Source: Akkermansiaceae bacterium
GTDB lineage: Bacteria > Verrucomicrobiota > Verrucomicrobiia > Verrucomicrobiales > Akkermansiaceae
NCBI GenBank assembly: GCA_051251915.1
Contig: JBPOGF010000001.1
Location: forward strand, 288,001 to 352,000
DNA: 64,000 nucleotides
Reading direction: 5' to 3'
Part shown: piece after piece, positions 57,021 to 64,000 of the stretch
How the letters are laid out: each line of letters opens with the position of its first letter
How positions within the stretch are numbered: the stretch's first letter is position 1
The notes under the pieces: model-generated
What the model saw: the letters and a program-made list of their open reading frames with translations, nothing else
The model's database searches: none
What the model was told of the DNA's origin: nothing
Position numbers and translations under genes: made by a program

Positions 57021-57617
57021 TTATAAGCTAGTTACAGTGATTGGTGTGCCTTTTTTGGTCATACCGAAGATTTGCTTAGCATAGGCTGGCTGGACGCGGA
57101 TACATCCACCAGATGCAGCATAACGTTTGACGCTATTTGATGCGTGGAGGCCGATTCCGTCACCTGTGAGACGTTGCCAGTATGGGAGTGATGATCCTAC
57201 GAACTTGTCATAAGAAACTCCGCTACATCTATCGTATCTGTGACCACCACAGACGCGGCTGCCGTTTTTGTAGAGTGTGCCGTAGACGTTTGAGCGTTTG
57301 TCAGCTTGTTTGTCGTATAGTTTGAATGTTCCGGTTGGTGTTCTTTTTCCTGCGCGTCCGGTGGTGCACGGTGTATCGAGGAGGACTGTGTCATCTTGGC
57401 TGACGATCATGCGCTGAGTGGCGATGTTGACTCTGAGCTTTGTTTTTGTGGTATCGACAGTTTTGAGAGCGTCTTCATTTTTATAGGTTTCGTAGGTTTG
57501 CTTGTAGTCAGCGCGCTTGACGAATTTTTCATGTGATGAGGCAGAGCTGGTGACTGATGAGCCACAGCTGGTCAGGAGTGAGATGACCGCGAGAGGTAGT
57601 AATAGTAGTAGTTTCAT
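57021..57617 (-). CDS. L,D-transpeptidase family lipoprotein
   Basis: TG..TPTG.F and GIGLH...ASGGCIR. Confidence 0.85.
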   Translation of the reverse strand: MKLLLLLPLAVISLLTSCGSSVTSSASSHEKFVKRADYKQTYETYKNEDALKTVDTTKTKLRVNIATQRMIVSQDDTVLLDTPCTTGRAGKRTPTGTFKLYDKQADKRSNVYGTLYKNGSRVCGGHRYDRCSGVSYDKFVGSSLPYWQRLTGDGIGLHASNSVKRYAASGGCIRVQPAYAKQIFGMTKKGTPITVTSL

Positions 57618-57652
57618 TGGTTGTAGTAGTTTTGTATGTGTAGGATAAAGTA

Positions 57653-58327
57653 TTATTGAGTGATGGTGACTGATGTTCCAACGCGGACTTTACCGTAGAC
57701 GATACGAACAACTGAGCTAGGAGTACGGATACAGCCGTGTGAAGCGGCGTAGCGAGGAACTCTACCTTGGTGCATGCCGACGCCGTCACCAGTGAGTCTC
57801 ATCCAGTTAGGCATAGCGGCACCGATGAATTTTCCACCTTCAGGGACTTTGTCTTTTCTAGAGTCAGCACCAGATTTGACTGTGCTACCGCTGGCGTTAA
57901 CAATTTTTCCATATAGGTTGGAGCGTTTGTCTACGATTTTCTCAGTGATACGGAAGCTTCCTGATGGGGTAGGGTAGGAGGATTTACCAGTGGAGACTGG
58001 GTAGTCCATGGCTACTTGGGCGCCATTCATGAGGAGAGCTCGTTGGAGTCCTTTTTTGATAACTATCTTGGAGTTACTAGAGTTTGTCTTAGAAAGTAGG
58101 CTGGTGTTTTTATAGACGTTGTATGTCTTAGGGTAGCTTGGGCTGGCCTTGAAGTGCTCATGTGTTCCAGCCTTGTGAGGGTTTATAAAGACAGCTTTGA
58201 GAGGTTTAGTGGCTTCTGGGTTTGGGGTGTCTGGGCTAGCCATAGGTCCACAACTTGAGAGGGCTGTTATGATGACTAGTGATAGAGCAGGGAGGAACTG
58301 TTTTGGATTCAGTATACGGTAGTTCAT
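57653..58327 (-). CDS. L,D-transpeptidase family lipoprotein
   Basis: PVSTG..TPSG.F and GVGMH...ASHGCIR; start may be 58327 or 58360. Confidence 0.88.
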   Translation of the reverse strand: MNYRILNPKQFLPALSLVIITALSSCGPMASPDTPNPEATKPLKAVFINPHKAGTHEHFKASPSYPKTYNVYKNTSLLSKTNSSNSKIVIKKGLQRALLMNGAQVAMDYPVSTGKSSYPTPSGSFRITEKIVDKRSNLYGKIVNASGSTVKSGADSRKDKVPEGGKFIGAAMPNWMRLTGDGVGMHQGRVPRYAASHGCIRTPSSVVRIVYGKVRVGTSVTITQ

Positions 58328-58484
58328 GATAGAGTGTGGTTGTGCAGGCTGGATTAGCATGTATGTTAGTTACTTAATACAAAATGCTAACTAGGGCAAG
58401 TTTGGATATGTGATTTCTTTTGTTTGGTATGTGTTGAATGAGTAGACCTTTTAATCGGCACAAAAGTCACAATAATTTGATTAT

Positions 58485-59306
58485 TTATGGTGTGATACTA
58501 GATGCTAGGATGGTGGCGCTGCGCTCATTTTTTTTGACTAAGTTTTTGCCGAGGCTTGATTGTGGGAAGTCGACGGTGAGGGTGGGGGATTTGCGGAATG
58601 TTGGTTTTTGGGCAGCGCTGTTGACTGCGAAGAATGCGGTTTCAGGGATTTTGATGGTTCCTGTTTTAATTCTACCGCCCCAGGGGTCGATGTATTTGAC
58701 TTCGAATGATGTTGCTCCGGGAGGTAGGGTTCCTGGGATTTCGTAGAGGACGACGAAGTGGCCATGGACTTGGCGCCATCTGCTACCGCGCTGAGCGAAT
58801 CTTTTTACGCTTATGAGTGGAGGGAAGCCTTTCTGGAGTGATTTGACAAGATGCTTGTGGGTGTTTGTGAGGAGTGCTGTGTGGTCTTTGTCGGGTTTGA
58901 GGAAGTGGGTGGTGTGCTTGAGTTTGGGGAGGGAGAGCTTGCGACGGGTTTGGAAGTCGTTGGCTAGATCTGTGAGGTCGAGGCCGTTGATGCCTGAGCG
59001 TGCATCGTAACGCATGCTGGCGCGGGCATATCTGGAGAAGATTTTGCCGTAGTATCTGACGAGGAAGTCAAATTGTTCTTTATCGGTGTCGCCGACAATT
59101 TTTTGAGTGGCGGCGTTCCATTTTGCGGAACCGAAGCGGTAGGCATTGATGAGTGATGCTGGGCCGCAGCCGTTTTTCTGGATGTAGATTTGGTTTAGAG
59201 CTTTTGCTTCAGGGTTAGGTGCTATTAGAGGACCTTGAACTGTGCTGCAACTGCTGGAGGTGGTGACGATAGAAAAGTAGAGCAGGATGACTGATAGTCT
59301 GAGCAT
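58485..59306 (-). CDS. Exported papain-like (C39-like) cysteine peptidase
   Basis: QKNGCGPASL, GHFVVL and YIDPW fit a Cys-His-Asp triad; a signal peptide starts at MLRLS (59306). Confidence 0.6.
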   Translation of the reverse strand: MLRLSVILLYFSIVTTSSSCSTVQGPLIAPNPEAKALNQIYIQKNGCGPASLINAYRFGSAKWNAATQKIVGDTDKEQFDFLVRYYGKIFSRYARASMRYDARSGINGLDLTDLANDFQTRRKLSLPKLKHTTHFLKPDKDHTALLTNTHKHLVKSLQKGFPPLISVKRFAQRGSRWRQVHGHFVVLYEIPGTLPPGATSFEVKYIDPWGGRIKTGTIKIPETAFFAVNSAAQKPTFRKSPTLTVDFPQSSLGKNLVKKNERSATILASSITP

Positions 59307-59466
59307 GCTGAGATCTTGTGTGTGAATAGGTGGTTTGACAATACTGGAGGAAAAAATAATTTGGTGGGGATGGTGGTTGTGATGTTTTAGAACATTTTGG
59401 GTATGTGTTATTTTGGAGAAATAGTGCTTTCTTTCGTTGGGGGATGGATTAGAAATGTGGGACACG

Positions 59467-61491
59467 ATGATTTCTATAAGCGATGGACATGACGGGGGAG
59501 GAAACTCTGGGGTAAAGTTATCCCAAGAGATAGAGGATGTGTTTTCAGGGACTGGCTTGCTTTCGAAGTCGCCGGACTTTTCATATAGACCGCAGCAGCA
59601 GGATATGGCTGTGGCTGTGGCGGAGACTCTAGAGGATACGGGGGTGCTTTCTGTTGAGGCGGGGACTGGGGTTGGGAAATCATTGGCGTATTTGATACCT
59701 GCGGTGAAATTTGCGGTGGCGAATGATAGGAAGGCGGTGATCTCGACGCATACGATTAATTTGCAGGAGCAGTTGGTGAGTAAAGATTTGCCGATTGTGA
59801 AGAAGTTGTTGAAGTTGGATTTTGATGCTGTTTTGCTGAAGGGTAGGGGGAATTTTGTTTGTCCAGCTAGGTTGAGGCGGGCGATGGAGAGGCCTAGGGA
59901 TTTGTTTTCAATTAGTGAGACGGAGGAGCTGCGGGCGATTTATGATTGGGCTGAGGAGACGCTGGATGGAAGCTTGAGCGATATGGATTTCCAGCCGAGT
60001 TCGAAGGTGTGGAGTCAAGTTTGTAGTGAGGCGCATGTGTGCACGAGGAAGTCTTGTGGGCGTGGGGATGCTTGTTTTTATCAGAATGTGAGGAAGCGGG
60101 CGGAGAAGGCTGAGGTGATAGTGGTGAATCATACGTTATTTTTTACGTTGTTTGCTGCGGAGGTGGAGAGTTTGGAGTTGGGTGAGGCTGGGAATGGTGG
60201 GTATATTTTTGCGAATGATTTTGCGATTTTGGATGAGGCTCATACTTTGGAGGATGTGGCTGCGAAGCAGTTGGGGATGAGGTTGAGCCATGCGGGTATG
60301 AGATTTGATGTGCAGCGGCTTTATAATCCGAAGACGAAGCGAGGGTTGCTGAAGACGATGCGGAATGGTGAGGGGATGCAGTGTGCGGAGGAGTTACTAG
60401 ATGTGGCGGAGGCGTTTTTTGAGGAGGTGGGCGAGGTAGTGGAGTTTGGTCAGTTTTCGCGGGAGTTTAGGGTGAGGCAGGCAGAGCTGGTGGATAATAG
60501 TTTGGCGTTGCCGTTGCGGAATTTCTGGACGGCTGTGGAGGAGGCTGCGGAGGATCTGGAGAAGGATAGTGCGGTGAGGAATGAGTTGATGGATGGGGCG
60601 CGGAGGATGCGTGAGATGCATGGGAGTCTGAAGTTGTTTTTGGATCAAGATGATGAGGAGAGTGTTTACTGGGTGGAGAAGAGTGGGAGGGATGGTGAGA
60701 ACTTGGTGTTGCAGTCTGCTCCTATTAATGTGGCTGATAGGTTGAGGGAGACGATGTTTGGTAAGGGGAAGACGTGTGTGCTTACGAGTGCTACGTTGGG
60801 TGCTGGGGATGATGATTTGGGTTATTTCCGTAGGAGGGTGGGTGCTGAGAAGAGCAGGGCGCTTAAGATAGGGAGTCCGTTCGACTATGAGAAACAGATG
60901 CAGATCTATGTGATGAAGGCGATGCCTGATCCGGGGACGGAGAAGTATGAGTCTGCGTTGGTGCACTGGATAGAGCGGGTTCTTAAATACACTGAGGGTA
61001 AGGCATTTGTGCTATTTACCAGTTATAGGGTGATGAGGAATGTGGCGGAGGCGATGGAAGAATATTTTGATGAGATGGGCTGGAGGCTTCTGGTGCAGGG
61101 GGATGGGATGCCGAGACACCAGATGGTGGATGTTTTCCGCGAGGATGTGCATAGTGTGCTGTTTGGGACGGATAGTTTCTGGGCTGGGGTGGATGTGCCT
61201 GGTGAGAGTTTGTCCAATGTGATAGTGACGAGGTTGCCGTTTAGTGTGCCTGATCATCCGTTGGTGGCTTGTAAGATAGAGGAGATAGAGGCTAATGGGG
61301 GGAATGCGTTTATGGAATATTCTGTGCCTGAGGCTGTGATTAAGTTGCGGCAGGGGGTGGGGAGATTGATCCGTAGTGAGAAAGACAGTGGATTGGTAGT
61401 GATTTTGGATAATAGGGTGGTGACGAAGCGTTATGGGAAGATGTTTTTAGATGCCTTGCCTCCTGCGCCGGTGAAGATTGTGAAGGAGTAG
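59467..61491 (+). CDS. DinG/YoaA-family ATP-dependent DNA helicase
   Basis: EAGTGVGKS, LKGRGNFVC plus Fe-S-type cysteines, DEAH, TSATL, FWAGVDVPG and QGVGRLIR. Confidence 0.92.
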   Translation: MISISDGHDGGGNSGVKLSQEIEDVFSGTGLLSKSPDFSYRPQQQDMAVAVAETLEDTGVLSVEAGTGVGKSLAYLIPAVKFAVANDRKAVISTHTINLQEQLVSKDLPIVKKLLKLDFDAVLLKGRGNFVCPARLRRAMERPRDLFSISETEELRAIYDWAEETLDGSLSDMDFQPSSKVWSQVCSEAHVCTRKSCGRGDACFYQNVRKRAEKAEVIVVNHTLFFTLFAAEVESLELGEAGNGGYIFANDFAILDEAHTLEDVAAKQLGMRLSHAGMRFDVQRLYNPKTKRGLLKTMRNGEGMQCAEELLDVAEAFFEEVGEVVEFGQFSREFRVRQAELVDNSLALPLRNFWTAVEEAAEDLEKDSAVRNELMDGARRMREMHGSLKLFLDQDDEESVYWVEKSGRDGENLVLQSAPINVADRLRETMFGKGKTCVLTSATLGAGDDDLGYFRRRVGAEKSRALKIGSPFDYEKQMQIYVMKAMPDPGTEKYESALVHWIERVLKYTEGKAFVLFTSYRVMRNVAEAMEEYFDEMGWRLLVQGDGMPRHQMVDVFREDVHSVLFGTDSFWAGVDVPGESLSNVIVTRLPFSVPDHPLVACKIEEIEANGGNAFMEYSVPEAVIKLRQGVGRLIRSEKDSGLVVILDNRVVTKRYGKMFLDALPPAPVKIVKE

Positions 61492-61623
61492 GTTTTCGAG
61501 GGGGTTTTTTAAATATGACACTGAATAGTTGTGACAATGTGCTACCTTATGTTGTCTACAGGTGTGGCTGGCAATGGCCTCATCAATAGAGTAAAGAAAA
61601 CAACAACATACATAAATAATTCA

Positions 61624-62124
61624 ATGAAACTAAAAAACATACTAATCATGGCAGGCGTAGCAGCGGCATTCACTTCATGTAAGGAAGTAAAAGAAACAGC
61701 AGCTAGTGCAGCAGAAGCAACTAAGGAAGCAGCTGGTGATGCAGCAGATGCAACGGCAGAGGCGGCAAGCAAAACTGGTGAAGCGATCAAAGATGGCGCA
61801 GCAGTGGCAGCAGAAAAGACTAAGGAAGTAGCTGGTGACACAGTTGAGGCCGTCAAAGACGGTGCGGCAGCAGCGGGAGACAAGGCAGGTGAAGCAGCGG
61901 AGGCAGTTAAGGATGGTGCAGCAGCGGCAGCAGAAAAGACTAAAGAAGTAGCTGGTGACACAGTTGACGCAGTTAAAGACGGTGCATCAAATACTGTTGA
62001 AGGAGCTAAGAAGCTAGGCGAAGGTGCAGCTGACAAAATCAAAGAAGGAGCAAAAGCAACTGGAGACGCTGTGAAAGATGCAGCAGGAGCGGCTAAAGAT
62101 GCTGTTACTCCAGCAGGCGAGTAA
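61624..62124 (+). CDS. Ala/Lys/Glu-rich repetitive lipoprotein
   Basis: MKLK..AFTSC lipobox; repeats of AVKDGAAAAAEKTKEVAGDTV. Confidence 0.8.
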   Translation: MKLKNILIMAGVAAAFTSCKEVKETAASAAEATKEAAGDAADATAEAASKTGEAIKDGAAVAAEKTKEVAGDTVEAVKDGAAAAGDKAGEAAEAVKDGAAAAAEKTKEVAGDTVDAVKDGASNTVEGAKKLGEGAADKIKEGAKATGDAVKDAAGAAKDAVTPAGE

Positions 62125-62151
62125 GCTTCCTTTTTAAGAAGAACTTATAAT

Positions 62152-62184
62152 AACCTAGAGGCTGTGAAGGTCTCTAGGTTTTTT
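62152..62184 (+). terminator. Intrinsic terminator
   Basis: Stem aacctagaggc / gtctctaggtt followed by a T-run. Confidence 0.8.
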
Positions 62185-62448
62185 GCGGTTAGATATCTAG
62201 GTTACAAACATGGAGGAATGTTGTAATCGCGAAGATGTGACTTTTTATTCTAGTCTTTTTTCAAGCAAGCGAAGTGGGACTGGAGAAGTTACTAGCTGGT
62301 GGAGCGAGTGGGAAATTTATTATAATTATTCGTGTGTGTGACGAAAAAAGGAGAGTGGGTTGCCGAGAGATCGGTAGCCCGCTCGAATTTTATAGAGATT
62401 TTGTAGCCTGGGATTGACCTTGGTGTTCGTTTGAAGAATGGTGTGGGT

Positions 62449-63018
62449 ATGAAAGTAGTTCCAGACATTGTGCTTAGGGAGCATCAGAAAGGGCAGCATT
62501 TGGTAGCGCTAATGAGGGAGGATCTAGATGATAACGATTTGCATGGATTTATCATTGATTTTAATAAGAAGTGGGTGTTGATCCAGAAGGAGTATGATTT
62601 CATCTTTGATGGTTTTCTTTTAGTGAAGCGTGAGTTTATTACGGCGATAAAGCACGGAAGCACACAGAAGTTTCATAAGCGATTGTTTCAGATTGAGGGG
62701 AAGATGTCTGAGGTGGATTTTGAGAAGGTGACAAGCCTTGATGAGGGTGGGGTGTTTGACCTGGAGTCGTTTTTGTTGGACTTAGGGCGAGAGAAGGTGG
62801 TGATTTTAGAGGATGAACGCGAAGATTTGTTTTTGATAGGATTTGTGGAATCGTTGGGGAAGGATGGAGATTTTGAGATAAGGTTTTTTGATGGTGTAGG
62901 AACTCTGGATGATGAGTTGAGTGTGGTCAGCGAGGAAGAATTAACGATCGTGGCTTTTGACTCTAGTTATTGCTTACATTACGAGCGTTATTTCAAGCGT
63001 AAGAGGAAGCGGAGCTAG
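62449..63018 (+). CDS. Hypothetical protein
   Basis: About 190-aa ORF with + strand codon bias; ATG at 62449 preferred. Confidence 0.65.
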   Translation: MKVVPDIVLREHQKGQHLVALMREDLDDNDLHGFIIDFNKKWVLIQKEYDFIFDGFLLVKREFITAIKHGSTQKFHKRLFQIEGKMSEVDFEKVTSLDEGGVFDLESFLLDLGREKVVILEDEREDLFLIGFVESLGKDGDFEIRFFDGVGTLDDELSVVSEEELTIVAFDSSYCLHYERYFKRKRKRS

Positions 63019-63025
63019 AGGTTAC

Positions 63026-63979
63026 TTAGAAGCTTTTAAGGAAGCTGATTAGGCTGAGGCCGTTCTCTAGGAATAGGTTGATCCATTGATAGCAGTAGGC
63101 CTTGAAGGTGATGCCTGAGGGTGAGAGGCAGAGGAGGGTGGCTAGGAGGAGGATGTTGGCTAGGTAGATGACTGTGAGGGAGAAGAATGAGCCATTTTCT
63201 TTGAGGTCTGGTTGGTCACGTGGAATCATCCAGATGGTCCAGGCTAGGTGGAATGTCCAGGTGAAGCCGATGAGGAGATAGAGGATTTCATCGTGGAGAG
63301 GGATGTGGACGAAGAAGCGGGTGATGAAGGAGATGGCTAATATGATGCAGGTCCAGAATGGGATGAAGTAGGGGGAGAGGGCGATAAGGACGTTGGTTTT
63401 ATTGGTGATGACGTAGCCACCGTCTGGAGAAACTTTGAAGCCTGAAATCTTTCCTCCGCAGAGGAAAATGAAGAAAGCGTGTGTGAGTTCGTGACCGAGG
63501 ACGTAGAGGTAGAGGAATTTTTTTCTGAGAAGCTTAGTCCAGAACCATCCGAGCATGAGGAAGCTGCCGATGGCGAAGTAGAGGAAGGCTTCGGCGTGGA
63601 AGAGTTGTTGCCAGAAATTGTTTGATACTGAGTAGACGGTGTTGATCTCAAAGATGGCAACGGTTGAGATGAAGCAGGGGAAGAGGAGAATGACGCCGAG
63701 AATAGTTCTTAGGATGAGATGGATGAAGGGGAGGCTGTAGTCGTCTTCTGATTGTTGGGCGATGGAGGCGTTGAATGATTTTAAGCCGCGTGAAGTGCTG
63801 TTTTTTTGGTTGCTTCTCTTGTGCGCGCGGTTGCTGGCAGAGATGAAGAAACTCAGTAGCCCGCTAGATTTGCGAGAGCCTAGGGTGTTTTTTCTACGTT
63901 TAGCACCACGAGACTGCTTCCGTTTGGAGGCAATGATGCTCGTTCGTTGCTTAGAATTTCTGGTGTTTCGACGTGCCAT
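63026..63979 (-). CDS. Membrane metalloprotease-like protein (M50-like HExxH)
   Basis: HELTH within TM context, LSPYF and a downstream D; very basic N-terminal extension. Confidence 0.7.
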   Translation of the reverse strand: MARRNTRNSKQRTSIIASKRKQSRGAKRRKNTLGSRKSSGLLSFFISASNRAHKRSNQKNSTSRGLKSFNASIAQQSEDDYSLPFIHLILRTILGVILLFPCFISTVAIFEINTVYSVSNNFWQQLFHAEAFLYFAIGSFLMLGWFWTKLLRKKFLYLYVLGHELTHAFFIFLCGGKISGFKVSPDGGYVITNKTNVLIALSPYFIPFWTCIILAISFITRFFVHIPLHDEILYLLIGFTWTFHLAWTIWMIPRDQPDLKENGSFFSLTVIYLANILLLATLLCLSPSGITFKAYCYQWINLFLENGLSLISFLKSF

Positions 63980-64000
63980 TTACTGGGGTTGTAAAGGATT

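Noticed and set aside
59307..59466. Overlap between the extended peptidase ORF and the extended DinG ORF
   Set aside because: Better starts at 59306 (signal peptide) and 59467 leave an ordinary divergent intergenic region.
61542..62042. Antisense Ala/Ser-rich 166-aa ORF
   Set aside because: It mirrors the repetitive lipoprotein, which has the lipobox and the terminator.
62354..62385. Hairpin gagtgggttgccga-gaga-tcggtagcccgctc as an ncRNA
   Set aside because: A single stem with several G-U pairs and no recognisable RNA family context; not enough evidence to call.

Overview
Bacterial chromosomal segment, most likely from a marine Verrucomicrobiota member (inferred from PEP-CTERM proteins, Ser/Thr kinases, Bat/vWA clusters and gene content). 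The + strand is strongly G/T-skewed. Housekeeping genes are metH (partial), hemH, xerD, rsmI, lptE, a bamD-like gene, an rluD-like gene and a dinG/yoaA-like gene, plus a GAPDH-arsJ arsenate detoxification pair, two vWA/Bat clusters, two PEP-CTERM genes and two L,D-transpeptidases. The main accessory element is a ~15.5 kb type 1 BREX anti-phage locus (26534-41991: brxA-brxB-brxC-pglX-pglZ-brxL) with several departures from the textbook system. (1) An AT-rich, translationally coupled ABC-type ATPase plus putative PD-(D/E)xK nuclease pair sits between brxC and pglX; this is the best candidate for an undescribed nested defence module. (2) A lone XRE-type HTH gene sits between pglX and pglZ. (3) BrxL ends in a PLD/MIT_C-like domain instead of a Lon protease domain. 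(4) pglX carries an in-frame tandem repeat. (5) GC skew flips from C-rich to G-rich across both cargo sites. Outside BREX there is an identical 33-bp intergenic element at two sites next to heptamer repeats, many TANNNT motifs 6-7 nt before start codons (probable leaderless mRNAs), a probable pseudokinase, and a batA gene with no canonical start codon for its conserved N-terminus. No rRNA, tRNA, CRISPR array or transposase was recognised. All assignments come from reading motifs by eye; no database searches were run.
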